Source of the DNA: Alphaproteobacteria bacterium | GTDB lineage: Bacteria; Pseudomonadota; Alphaproteobacteria; RF32; CAG-239 | NCBI GenBank assembly: GCA_017470165.1 | Contig: JAFUEX010000012.1 | Coordinates: 8,149 to 72,148, forward strand | Reading direction: 5' to 3' | Length of the DNA stretch: 64,000 bases | Part shown: one piece after another, positions 1 to 8,538 of the stretch | How positions within the stretch are numbered: position 1 is the stretch's first letter | Layout of the letters: each line of letters opens with the position of its first letter | The notes under the pieces: generated by a model | The model's database searches: none | What the model was told of the DNA's origin: nothing | Seen by the model: only the letters and a program-made list of their open reading frames with translations | Made by a program: the position numbers and the translations under genes

Positions 1-102
1 ATTTTGCACACAGTGAAACTCTGCCGCTTGGGCTTGGGTAAAGCCTAATAATTGCCGGAGGATTTTATACTCGGCGGCGGTTAAGTAGCCTTTTTTAGAC
101 AT
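1..102 (-). CDS. HTH (XRE/phage-type) DNA-binding protein, N-terminal part only; gene runs off the left edge
   Basis: My own minus-strand translation from the ATG at 102 gives MSKKGYLTAAEYKILRQLLGFTQAQAAEFHCVQN... The start overlaps the stop of the upstream 99-aa ORF by 8 nt (ATGTCTAA). Confidence 0.4.
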   Translation of the reverse strand, partial: MSKKGYLTAAEYKILRQLLGFTQAQAAEFHCVQN

Positions 103-394
103 TAAAATCCTCCTTTACAGCTAAGCCGCGCAAACAATCGACGGCCGAGTAATATATTTGCTCTCTTTTTGTCAGTTTGTCAAAATTGGGGAAACCTTTG
201 TTATGATCCCATTTCTGGCAGTCTAGGCAATGTTTTATGTGTTTTTTTATATCTGAAAAAGAAACTTTTTCCCCGGCAAGCAACATTTTTTCCGCTCTAA
301 ATTCATAATTATCTACATTGTAGCAAAGATTATGAATAGTGTCATCGATAGATATTAATTTGTTATAAATTTGCAACAAGTTTGTCATTTTCAT
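95..394 (-). CDS. hypothetical small protein (99 aa), probable mobile-element cargo
   Basis: ORF track entry. It is translationally coupled to the downstream HTH gene. No family recognised; HCLDCQKWDH may bind metal. Confidence 0.5.
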   Translation of the reverse strand: MKMTNLLQIYNKLISIDDTIHNLCYNVDNYEFRAEKMLLAGEKVSFSDIKKHIKHCLDCQKWDHNKGFPNFDKLTKREQIYYSAVDCLRGLAVKEDFNV

Positions 395-526
395 TCCCCT
401 TTAGAATTTTAAGGATTGCCCCTTTGGCTTCCTTTTATAATTTCATTGTATGTCATATTTTACGACAGGTCAAGAAGTTTTTATAAAAAATGAAAAAAAG
501 TTTGTGTAAGGGTGTAAATTTATAAG

Positions 527-547
527 TTGCACAAAACTTGCACAAAA
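527..547 (+). repeat. two direct copies of ttgcacaaaa spaced 11 bp apart (527-536, 538-547)
   Basis: Read directly from the sequence: aagTTGCACAAAAcTTGCACAAAAt. They sit in the AT-rich region next to the att-like junction, which fits arm-type recombinase sites. Confidence 0.6.
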
Positions 548-597
548 TATAAAATTATACAAAATAAAATAAATATTATCAAATATATAGTTTATGT

Positions 598-665
598 AAT
601 GCAGCAGATTGCTAATCTGTCATCGGGATACCGATGCAGAGGTTCGAATCCTCTACGCTCCGCCA
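598..665 (+). pseudogene. tRNA-Ser(GCU) 3' fragment; the 5' acceptor strand and D arm are missing
   Basis: It has an anticodon arm gcaga-TTGCTAA-tctgt, a long variable arm catcggg-ata-ccgatg and a T arm agagg-ttcgaat-cctct. The acceptor 3' strand acgctcc+g+CCA is present, but upstream sequence is AT-rich with no ggagcgt partner. Confidence 0.7.
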
Positions 666-726
666 GTTGAAAAACACTCCTTGATGGAGTGTTTTTTTAT
701 ATGCGGAGCAAGAGGACTATCACTTT
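652..726 (+). repeat. 75-bp direct repeat, copy 1 (last 14 nt of tRNA-Ser, terminator hairpin and flank)
   Basis: It matches 836-909 except for one substitution (cttGatgg vs cttTatgg) and one T-run length difference. Confidence 0.85.
669..698 (+). terminator. hairpin plus T-run downstream of the tRNA-Ser fragment
   Basis: aaaacactcc-ttgat-ggagtgtttt followed by a T-run. It is duplicated at about 854-881. Confidence 0.6.
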
Positions 727-835
727 GGAATGTAAGCTCATATACGGACAATTTACATTGTCCTAATTCGCTAACATTTTCCAAAGATGTTACAGACAAA
801 AACAACCGGAGCAACGGTTGTTTTTTGCTTAGCCA

Positions 836-909
836 TCTACGCTCCGCCAGTTGAAAAACACTCCTTTATGGAGTGTTTTTTATATGCGGAGCAAGAGGAC
901 TATCACTTT
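836..909 (+). repeat. 75-bp direct repeat, copy 2 (att-like scar)
   Basis: See 652-726. It carries only the last 14 nt of the tRNA plus the same downstream flank. Confidence 0.85.
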
Positions 910-1134
910 TTTTGTCACTGTTTTTCCTCTTTTTATTTTCAGCACTATCACCTCTTTTTTCTGCGGTGCATACCGCAGAAAAAATAGAGGGCTCGTCGTC
1001 AAAGGGAACAATAGTCACGAGACCGCTTATTCGCTCGTTCCTCGCTCAACGGTAACATAAAAAAGAAAGGCAGCTCAACGGTGACATTACAGCGCTATAG
1101 GGGAGGGGGTAGGATTCAATAAAAGCATCAAGCA

Positions 1135-1177
1135 CAAAAAATCCCTTAAGCCTTTGGCAAAAGGGATTTGTTTTTTT
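1135..1177. terminator. bidirectional hairpin terminator after tRNA-Val
   Basis: atccctt...aagggat stem flanked by an A-run on the left and a T-run on the right. Confidence 0.6.
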
Positions 1178-1253
1178 TGGTAGGCGCTGAGAGGTTCGAA
1201 CTCCCGACCCTCTCGGTGTAAACGAGATGCTCTTCCAGCTGAGCTAAGCGCCC
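1178..1253 (-). tRNA. tRNA-Val(UAC)
   Basis: The reverse complement gggcgcttagctcagctggaagagcatctcgTTTACACcgagagggtcgggagttcgaacctctcagcgcctacca folds as a cloverleaf. The anticodon loop is tTTACAc and CCA is encoded. Confidence 0.9.
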
Positions 1254-1328
1254 GTTGCAATCAACAAGAGGATTTATACACTCATCATTTTTAATAATCA
1301 AGTATTTTTTTTATTTTTTTGCATTTTT

Positions 1329-1928
1329 TTATTTGAGACCTTTCAAACGCCCGATTTGCGCGGCCCGCGGCTTGATGCACTCTTTTGCATAACATACGTT
1401 TTGCAGCTCATTGCCTGTAAAATACAGTTCGATTACTCCTTCACCGATACCCATTTTGACGCTTTGTCTCCAGTCATCAAAGTGCTGAGTTCGACTTGAG
1501 TCAATCACTCGGAGTCGGAGCATATTTTCAGTTCGGGCAAGCTCGTCGGTTATTATCGCAATATGTCCCCAGCGATGCTGCGGTGATCTGTTTACCAACG
1601 CCAGCAAATCCCCAGCCTGCAAGCGCTGCTGCCAATTAACCACATCCCAAGATGAGGAGCCGGTTTTAGATAATTCGCAAAAGAAATCATAAAAATCAAA
1701 TGAATATAGCCGTTCAATCCGATATTTTTTGACATCGCGCACTTGATTGATATAAGCATATATCTCCGCTAATGCTCTTGGGTGCGCTTGTTGCAGCCAA
1801 TATTCGGCCAAAGCCGAACAGTCGGCCTCCAAAATTCCGCGCGCTTCGTCTATCAGAGTTTGGTGCGAATAGGCGGTTTTGATGTTGCCTTGTTTTATCT
1901 CATTCAGCAGTTGACGCAAATAAAGCAT
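1329..1928 (-). CDS. hypothetical protein (199 aa)
   Basis: ORF track entry with no competing frame. It sits between two tRNA genes. No family recognised. Confidence 0.6.
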   Translation of the reverse strand: MLYLRQLLNEIKQGNIKTAYSHQTLIDEARGILEADCSALAEYWLQQAHPRALAEIYAYINQVRDVKKYRIERLYSFDFYDFFCELSKTGSSSWDVVNWQQRLQAGDLLALVNRSPQHRWGHIAIITDELARTENMLRLRVIDSSRTQHFDDWRQSVKMGIGEGVIELYFTGNELQNVCYAKECIKPRAAQIGRLKGLK

Positions 1929-2017
1929 AGTTTTTTCCCTTGGGATAATGACAAAGGCGAAGGTAACTTATAATAAGTCATCTCCGCCTTTTGTATCATT
2001 GCAGATTATAGTTCAGC

Positions 2018-2290
2018 TTAGTTTACGGAATCCTGCAAAGCCTTGCCTGCCTTAAATTTAGCCTGTTTGCGGGCAGGAATTTTGATGGCAGCGCCGGTGC
2101 GCGGGTTGCGGCCGGTAGTAGCCGATCTTTTGGCAACCGAGAAAGTCCCGAAACCAACCAAGCGAACATCGTCGCCTTTTTTCAAAGAATAAGTAACCGA
2201 ATTCAAGAAAGCATCCAAAGCCTTGGCGCAGTCGGTCTTGGTCAAACCGGTTGAATTAGCAATGCTGGAAATCAATTCATTTTTATTCAC
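2018..2290 (-). CDS. hup: HU family nucleoid DNA-binding protein
   Basis: 90 aa with MNKNELISSIA...GFGTFSVAKRSATTGRNPRTGAAIKIPARKQAKFKAGKAL, the classic HU/IHF signature. Confidence 0.9.
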   Translation of the reverse strand: MNKNELISSIANSTGLTKTDCAKALDAFLNSVTYSLKKGDDVRLVGFGTFSVAKRSATTGRNPRTGAAIKIPARKQAKFKAGKALQDSVN

Positions 2291-2464
2291 GGTAATAACT
2301 CCTATGCAAAATAAAGTTATAAACTAAACGCGATGTCTGCGGTATGCAATGCCCCGCGGTCATCTACAGCCTTGATTTGAGCATCAAAAAATAACTCTGT
2401 CAAACAAAATGCCAAGGTTATCAACGCTTTTGCACAGGTGGATGCATTTTTTTGTTTTTATTTA

Positions 2465-2494
2465 AGGAAAAACCCCGCTTGAAAAGAGCGGGGC
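2465..2494 (-). terminator. intrinsic terminator after tRNA-Thr
   Basis: On the minus strand, ccccgct-cttttca-agcgggg is followed by tttttcc. Confidence 0.65.
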
Positions 2495-2506
2495 GGATAA
2501 AAAACT

Positions 2507-2581
2507 GGTGCCGCTTGCGTGACTCGAACACGCGACCAACTGATTACGAATCAGCTACTCTACCAACTGAGCTAAAGCGGC
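2507..2581 (-). tRNA. tRNA-Thr(CGU)
   Basis: The reverse complement gccgctttagctcagttggtagagtagctgaTTCGTAAtcagttggtcgcgtgttcgagtcacgcaagcggcacca has acceptor gccgctt/aagcggc and anticodon CGT. Confidence 0.9.
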
Positions 2582-2613
2582 GCTCAACGCGAATATGTTT
2601 AGTATATATTTTT

Positions 2614-3882
2614 TTATTTGGCAAGTGATTTTATGCAATTGCTGAAATCTTTGCCGCGTTCTTCAAAATTTTTATAGGCATTATAACTGGGAGCTGCCGG
2701 TGATAATATGACTGTCCCGCCCGCGGGTGTTGCGGCAATGGCGCAGGCAACAGCTTGGTGCATATCGGCGGCGGCGCTTGTTTTGAGGCCGGCGGCTTCG
2801 GCCGGAGGAATAATTCGCGCACCGGTATCCGGCACAACTACCAGTTGCAGCCTTTCTTTCAGGCCGGCCAGCTCATCAATCAGCGAGGTATAATCTTGTC
2901 CGCGGTCAAAACCACCGACAATCAAGGTGAGGGGTTGACCTTTATCTAAGGCGCGGACGGCAGCGGCGGCGGTTTCCGGCGTGGTGGAGATGCTGTCGTC
3001 GACAAACTCTATCCCGCCGAACTTGCCTAAATTCTGCAGTCGATGCGCCAAGGGAGTGAACGAGGCAAAGGGTAGGGCATATTTACTCAACGGTTCGCCC
3101 ATAATTTTTAACACACTCAGCACGGCGCAGGCGTTGATGCAGTTGTGCTCGCCGGCAAGATTGAGCTTGCTCATAGCAAAAAGCTCGTGCGCTCCATCAT
3201 AAAAGCAGCCGTTTTCCAAGTGAATGGTGTCAGCAGTGTTAAAATATTCCCCCTTGAGCTCGCCGGTTAATTCAGAGGTGCGCTTATCTTGCGCATTAAG
3301 CAGTTTTATCTCGGCTTTTGCTATCATATTGAGTTTGTCGGCATAATATCTTGCGTGAGTTTGGTGCCATTGCAAATGTTCTGGATACAAATTCAGCAAG
3401 ACCCCGATATCTGCACCATAAGCCAAATCAGCACATTGATAACTCGACATCTCGGCAATTACCCAATCGGCAGAAGTGTCAGCCAATTCCACCAGCGGAC
3501 GACCAATGTTGCCGGCCAATTCCACCTTTTTGCCAAAATATTGCAAGCTGTGCGCCAACAGCGAGGCTGTAGTGCTTTTGCCTTTGGTGCCGGTTATGGC
3601 AACCACTTTGGTGGAGGGGGTTTTGTTGGCAAAAAACAAATTACTGGATGAGGTAAAGCGCACGCCTTCAGCTTTTGCCTTGGCAATTTCGCTGCGATAC
3701 AGGCTCACTCCGGGGGACTTTATTATCACCGCGCATTGCGATATATTGGCCAGATTATCTTCGCTTATTTCCATAATATTCGCGTTGGGACAGTGCTGCT
3801 TAAGGGCTGTTTTGGCGGCAAGACCTTCTTTGCCCATTCCCCATATTCCGACAGTGCGATTATTCAAATCTTGCCAGTACAT
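2614..3882 (-). CDS. murD: Mur ligase, MurD-type (UDP-MurNAc-L-Ala:glutamate ligase); possibly the L-Glu-adding MurD2 variant
   Basis: It has GIWGMGKEG (N-terminal Rossmann-like) and AITGTKGKSTT (Mur ligase P-loop), at MurD length. I prefer the ATG at 3882 over the TTG at 3888. It overlaps the upstream gene by about 23 nt. Confidence 0.85.
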   Translation of the reverse strand: MYWQDLNNRTVGIWGMGKEGLAAKTALKQHCPNANIMEISEDNLANISQCAVIIKSPGVSLYRSEIAKAKAEGVRFTSSSNLFFANKTPSTKVVAITGTKGKSTTASLLAHSLQYFGKKVELAGNIGRPLVELADTSADWVIAEMSSYQCADLAYGADIGVLLNLYPEHLQWHQTHARYYADKLNMIAKAEIKLLNAQDKRTSELTGELKGEYFNTADTIHLENGCFYDGAHELFAMSKLNLAGEHNCINACAVLSVLKIMGEPLSKYALPFASFTPLAHRLQNLGKFGGIEFVDDSISTTPETAAAAVRALDKGQPLTLIVGGFDRGQDYTSLIDELAGLKERLQLVVVPDTGARIIPPAEAAGLKTSAAADMHQAVACAIAATPAGGTVILSPAAPSYNAYKNFEERGKDFSNCIKSLAK

Positions 3883-5173
3883 CGCCAAATTCCTTGGGGA
3901 TTAAATGTTTTTTGTTGGGAATGAACAGTTTTTTAGCTGACTGCGGCGGAATTTTGCCGGACAGTGCTTTGATAACACAATCATTTTGCCACTCGGGCTT
4001 TTGGCTCAAGCTGTAAAAAGCAAACCGACACTCTCCTTTGGTGCCGACACACTCAAACGGCTTGTGTCCTTTTAGTCCCAACAGCTCTTTATAGCCTTCG
4101 ATTTGGGTTGCGTCATCCAGCGGATTTTTCCCGATGATTTCAATCAGCTTTTGTTTTTCCATAAACAAAGCCAGCACCAAAAACACAAAACGGCATTTGT
4201 CGCAGTTGCCGCACCAATGGTCCAAACGAGCGGTTTTGTCCAGCTTAAAGGCTTTGTTGCAACTGGTAAATACATCAAAATAATCCGCACATTTTTCGCA
4301 GAATAATTTGGCAATATGCACCTCACTCAACGGACGCAGCAGAGAAAAATAGCGAAATTCCGGAGTTATGGTTCGGGTGAGGGCATAAAAATCACGCTCA
4401 AACTCGGCTGATTTGCTGTATTGATGGTTGATGGTGATGCCGGCCAGTTCAAAATTACCCTCGGAGGCCGAGCGCTCACAAGACATCATCACATATTTTT
4501 TGTTATAAACAATCGCGGCAATCCACATTACAAAAGCCAAAATACCGGTAACCGGCACATGGCCGTTATAAACATTGCCCGAGGCATTGAGCTCGGCCAA
4601 ATTGGGCGAGATGCGGCGTTTGATAATATAAGATGTGCCGCCGGTTATGTCCATTACGTTTTGTATCGGAGCAGCATCACCGCAGGCAATTGTGGAGGAT
4701 TCAATCCCCATTTCTTGCGCCAGTTTGATGGTAACGCACGAGTCCTTGCCGCCACCCACCGGTATCAGCGCTTCGTCTGCCATATAAGGAAATTCTGCTT
4801 TGCGCGGAGGAACATCAGTATAAGGAAAATTAATCCGCGAGAAAAAGTTGAGCCGGTTGCGCGCAGCAAATTCCCCCAATCCGTTGATATAAAATTTGTT
4901 GAAAAATGCGGCTTCCGCCTCGTTGATGGTGAACTCGCTCAGCGCCAAAAAATAGGGCAATACGGTTTTGTAATAACTCACTCCTGCGGCAATATGCAGA
5001 TAGTTGAGTGCATATTTCAGAGTCGCTTTTTGTTGCTCGCTCAGATAAAACGGGGCATTGGGAAACTCATATTCTTCCGTGAAATGATATTTGTCATCGA
5101 TATCATATTCCAGCCTGATAATTCCGGTATCAAGGGCGAATCTTGCCTTGCTGAAATACATTACTGCTGCCAT
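3860..5173 (-). CDS. PP-loop ATPase-like protein, candidate MurL (UDP-MurNAc-L-Ala-L-Glu epimerase)
   Basis: 437 aa with a PVGGGKDSCV motif (SGGxDS-like PP-loop) and a WCGNCDKCRF Cys motif. It is coupled to a murD that lies outside any dcw context. The functional call is inference. Confidence 0.55.
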   Translation of the reverse strand: MAAVMYFSKARFALDTGIIRLEYDIDDKYHFTEEYEFPNAPFYLSEQQKATLKYALNYLHIAAGVSYYKTVLPYFLALSEFTINEAEAAFFNKFYINGLGEFAARNRLNFFSRINFPYTDVPPRKAEFPYMADEALIPVGGGKDSCVTIKLAQEMGIESSTIACGDAAPIQNVMDITGGTSYIIKRRISPNLAELNASGNVYNGHVPVTGILAFVMWIAAIVYNKKYVMMSCERSASEGNFELAGITINHQYSKSAEFERDFYALTRTITPEFRYFSLLRPLSEVHIAKLFCEKCADYFDVFTSCNKAFKLDKTARLDHWCGNCDKCRFVFLVLALFMEKQKLIEIIGKNPLDDATQIEGYKELLGLKGHKPFECVGTKGECRFAFYSLSQKPEWQNDCVIKALSGKIPPQSAKKLFIPNKKHLIPKEFGDVLARFE

Positions 5174-5193
5174 TTCTATCTCCTTTATTTTTT

Positions 5194-7563
5194 TTAAGAC
5201 TGAGCCTGATGAACCACAATTTGACTAAACGGAATTTCGATATTGTTTTCAATAAATTTTTCATTAATCATAAAGCGGATATCACTGGGCGTTGTCCATC
5301 CTTTCCAAATGTCGTTAACATAAAAACGCACTTCAAAATCCAACGAACTGCTGCCAAAATCCTTGAACAATACGTAAGGTGCCGGCTTTTTGACCACTTT
5401 GGGATGATTGAGTGCGCAATCCAATAAAATTTGCTCAACCTTTTTGACATCACTGCCATAAGCAACCCCGACTTTTACCGAGTAGCGAGCCCAGTTGTTT
5501 TGATGGGTGAGGTTAGTCACCGCATTGGATAAAACCTTGGAGTTGGGGATAATCAGACTGGAGCGGGTAAAAGTTTCAATTTCGGTGGAGCGAATGTTGA
5601 TTTGCTTAATTTGGCCTTCTTCGCCGTTGATAATTACCCAATCTCCAACCTTAATCGGGCGTTCGAACAGCATAATGATGCCCGAAACAAAGTTGTTGAC
5701 AATATCTTGCAGACCCAAACCGATACCAACCGACAGAGCGCCGGCAATCAGTGCGATGTTGCTCAAATTACCTCCCATAATGGCAATAGCCAAAAGTCCG
5801 GAAAGTACATAGCCGATATAGGCAAACCCCGAAGCTAGCGAGTGTTTGGTGCCGGCATCAATCGAAGTGCGCTCCAATATTTTGAACTCGATTCTGTCTT
5901 GCAAAAAGCGGATAATCCACAAGCAGATTACAAAAGCCAAAATTCCCCAAAATATTGAGACCAGTGAAATTTTTACCCCGCCGACAGTAAAACCGTAAAC
6001 GGCCTTGTAAGCAATACTTTGCAATACGTCGGTCGGCATTCCCCACAATATCAGCAAAAGAGCCATAAATCCGAGAGTTATCAGCGGCTCGATGGCAAAT
6101 CCGAACCAAAAATCAACTTTGCGCAGAAAAATTCTCCGCATATGAAAGTTTTTGACCCACAACCCCATAAACAACAACCGGCGGCCGACGTCATAAATAA
6201 AGCGCCGCAAAATAGTGTAAACAAATAAGGCGGCCAATGACAATAATGTGCGGTTTACCACGAAAAATGCCAGTTGGGCATAGCCCAAAAAGGCCAAACT
6301 GATGACACAAAAGACAAACAGCATTACAACAACACCAATTCTTGAGGCGCGGTTTTTGGCAGATGTTGCGGCTTCGGCGGCGTTTTTAGTATTTTTGGCA
6401 GATTCGTCGGAATCACTCATAAAATAGATATAAGTCAGCCACACCATACAAATTGCTCGAAGCGAGGCTGAAAGCGCCATCAGATAGCTTAACAGCTCCA
6501 ATGAATAATGTTGCAGCATTACAATCGCCATCAAGATGGAGAACAGACCTACGGTATAGATGGTGAAATTAATTGCCTTAAACAAGCGTTTGGCTTTTTC
6601 GGTTGACATATTAATCAGGCGCCATTTTTCATTATAAGGGGTGAGGATAACCCGAGCAAAGGCGCGTCCCATGGTTACAAACAGCGCATAAGAAAGCGAG
6701 GTTTGTAGCACCAGTTTGAAAAAGGCGTTATTCCAAAATACAATCAGACTCAGGTGATACCAGCAATAGATAATAATCGCTGTAGGTATAATGCCATAGG
6801 CACACCACACCGCAACCGAGGCGGCAATTTTGCGCCCCAAACGCAGGTTGTCAATGTCGCTGCGATAGCCCCAATGAGTTATGACAAAGCGCCGCATATA
6901 ATATCCCAGTGCGGTAATCAGGGCCAAGAGAGCTAAAAATTTGCCGATGGCTGCTCCGGCGCCTTGTTCGCCACTCTCTTTATATTCCAAATATGCCGCA
7001 TAAGGCGATTTGGCAATATCGGCTAGCAAAACCATCAGTTCGCTGTTGGCTTTCCATAATACAGCGGGATTAATAAAACGCAAATCCAGTTTCAACAGAT
7101 TACCCCACAACCTTTGGTTGCGGATGTCAAAAATGCGTAAGTTTATTTCTTCTATCTTGGCTGATAAAACATCAATCTCGGACAAGCGGGTTTTCTCGGT
7201 GGTCAGTTCCTGATTAAATTCGTGACGTTGCTGAGCAATAACCTTGGCCTCGGGGGATTCGCCTGAGCTTTCTCCCAATGCTTCGATGCGTTTTTCAATC
7301 AGCTTTATCTCGCCGTTGATGCTCTCGCGAGAGGAAGAAAGCGAGGTAAGCGTGGCGTTAAGATAGGATATTTTGGCAACCAATGCCTTGACGTCGGGCT
7401 TTTCCGCCTTGGTCATTGCTTCAATCTCTTTTAGGCTTTTGGATATCTCTTTATAGCTCAGGTTATATCCCAAATCATCGATGTGATTGGTTTGCGCTTG
7501 CGCAGTAAAACTCAACAACAGCGCCGCAGTCAGCCAAATTCCGAGTTTGTGTATCATTCTCAT
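5194..7563 (-). CDS. large mechanosensitive channel of the MscS family (MscK/MscM-like)
   Basis: 789 aa with a signal peptide, a coiled-coil periplasmic region and many TM helices. The C-terminal MscS core reads GLQDIVNNFVSGIIMLFERPIKVGDWV. Confidence 0.85.
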   Translation of the reverse strand: MRMIHKLGIWLTAALLLSFTAQAQTNHIDDLGYNLSYKEISKSLKEIEAMTKAEKPDVKALVAKISYLNATLTSLSSSRESINGEIKLIEKRIEALGESSGESPEAKVIAQQRHEFNQELTTEKTRLSEIDVLSAKIEEINLRIFDIRNQRLWGNLLKLDLRFINPAVLWKANSELMVLLADIAKSPYAAYLEYKESGEQGAGAAIGKFLALLALITALGYYMRRFVITHWGYRSDIDNLRLGRKIAASVAVWCAYGIIPTAIIIYCWYHLSLIVFWNNAFFKLVLQTSLSYALFVTMGRAFARVILTPYNEKWRLINMSTEKAKRLFKAINFTIYTVGLFSILMAIVMLQHYSLELLSYLMALSASLRAICMVWLTYIYFMSDSDESAKNTKNAAEAATSAKNRASRIGVVVMLFVFCVISLAFLGYAQLAFFVVNRTLLSLAALFVYTILRRFIYDVGRRLLFMGLWVKNFHMRRIFLRKVDFWFGFAIEPLITLGFMALLLILWGMPTDVLQSIAYKAVYGFTVGGVKISLVSIFWGILAFVICLWIIRFLQDRIEFKILERTSIDAGTKHSLASGFAYIGYVLSGLLAIAIMGGNLSNIALIAGALSVGIGLGLQDIVNNFVSGIIMLFERPIKVGDWVIINGEEGQIKQINIRSTEIETFTRSSLIIPNSKVLSNAVTNLTHQNNWARYSVKVGVAYGSDVKKVEQILLDCALNHPKVVKKPAPYVLFKDFGSSSLDFEVRFYVNDIWKGWTTPSDIRFMINEKFIENNIEIPFSQIVVHQAQS

Positions 7564-7566
7564 TGT

Positions 7567-8538
7567 CTAAACCTTCCAACTTTTTAATATTGCGGCAATA
7601 TCCGCAGCCGCGTTCAGGTTAATATCTCCGGAAACCCAAAAACCAAGACCGTTGTCTACCGTAGTGTCACTGCGGACTCGGCTGATGAAAATATCCGTTT
7701 CGCCCTGAGCATCGGTAAGGGTGGCATAGCCGCCGTCTTTTTGTTGGTCGTTAAGACGGATGCCGCGGGCATTGGCAAACTCTCCCATAGCTGCATCAAT
7801 ATCAGCATCAGCGTCCAATTCCGCATTGATAAACATTCCGGCTCCGATAAACACCGGCACTATTGCACAGTTGGCGTGAACTTTAATCTCGCTGCCGAGC
7901 CCGCGTTTAATCTGCGAGTTGAGCATCCATTCAAACTCCGTCTCCTCACCGATAAAACTTCCGGCCTGAGGGATGACATTGAATGCCAAAGTTTTGGGAA
8001 AAATCCTTTTGTCTTGCGGCACATCGTTCATCAAAATCCGCCTTGTGTGATTATACAGTTCGTTCATTCCCTCCTCGCCGGCCATATCCGCGCCGATATA
8101 AGCACTGAGGCGGATGGTTTTGATGCGGTATTTTTTTAAGACGTTTAAGGCGCGCAAGGCCGCGGCAGCCAAAGGATGCGGGTAATTAATCAAAGGGGCG
8201 GACTTCAAAACTTCGGCTCCGCTGACAACCAGCGGGGCAAAGGCAAAATCGGCTGCTTCGGTGGCATTGATAACCCGAGCTTTACCCTTGAGCGCTTGAG
8301 GAATATAATCTTTGGCCAAAACCTCATCAGCAACAAACACCACAGACGCAAAAGAATCCCAATCGGCTTGAGCAACGTTCGCATAACGGAGGGTGTCATC
8401 GCCAAAACTCAGTTCATCGTTGCCGCCGGCAGCTTTAAGCAAGGTTATGTCGTCCTTTTTTACGCCTCTTAAGTGCAAAAATTCCAAAAGGTGCGATATT
8501 ATTGCATTACGCGCTCCGACAATTGCCAGTTTTGCCAT
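7567..8538 (-). CDS. aspartate-semialdehyde dehydrogenase-like protein with degenerate catalytic motifs
   Basis: ASD-like blocks are retained (GMNELYNHTR, AFNVIPQ, DGGYATL, ISRVRSD). The Rossmann, Cys, Gln, Arg and His motifs are replaced. The start is ambiguous (8538, 8550 or 8592); MAKLAIVG fits the family N-terminus best. Confidence 0.7.
   Translation of the reverse strand: MAKLAIVGARNAIISHLLEFLHLRGVKKDDITLLKAAGGNDELSFGDDTLRYANVAQADWDSFASVVFVADEVLAKDYIPQALKGKARVINATEAADFAFAPLVVSGAEVLKSAPLINYPHPLAAAALRALNVLKKYRIKTIRLSAYIGADMAGEEGMNELYNHTRRILMNDVPQDKRIFPKTLAFNVIPQAGSFIGEETEFEWMLNSQIKRGLGSEIKVHANCAIVPVFIGAGMFINAELDADADIDAAMGEFANARGIRLNDQQKDGGYATLTDAQGETDIFISRVRSDTTVDNGLGFWVSGDINLNAAADIAAILKSWKV

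Larger units (their letters stand above)
1..597. mobile_element. putative right end of an integrated element inserted at a tRNA-Ser gene (most of it lies off-window)
   Basis: It ends at an orphan tRNA-Ser 3' fragment (598-665). It carries two small coupled phage-like genes and an AT-rich arm with phased repeats. Confidence 0.35.

Noticed and set aside
609-1060. Four overlapping 60-81-aa plus-strand ORFs from the ORF track (609-854, 787-987, 851-1060, 873-1055).
   Set aside because: They run through the tRNA-Ser fragment, the duplicated 75-bp att-like repeat and the terminator hairpins. The similar peptides (…YAPPVEKHS.MECF…) are just the repeat translated twice. They have no SD sequences.
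1044-1086. A direct repeat gctcaacggt(a/g)acat x2 (1044-1058 and 1072-1086) and the palindrome ctgcggtgcataccgcag (about 960-977) between the att scars and tRNA-Val, considered as an ncRNA or regulatory site.
   Set aside because: They are real in the sequence, but nothing links them to a gene or a known RNA family. They are most simply debris of the decayed insertion.
4421-5197. Long antisense ORFs inside well-supported genes. Examples are 4421-5197 in the MurL-like gene, 8866-9804 in hisS, 17927-18763 across rpsD and 32083-32610 in the OMP gene. Others are 43202-43736 and 43926-44483 in fabF/fabD, 44543-45145 in the OmpA-family gene, 20715-21263 in the acidic tail and 38133-38552 in rnfB.
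   Set aside because: Their translations are low-complexity or compositionally odd (Arg/Gln/Ile-rich) with no recognisable motifs. The opposite strand in each case encodes a protein with clear family signatures. They are by-products of codon bias.
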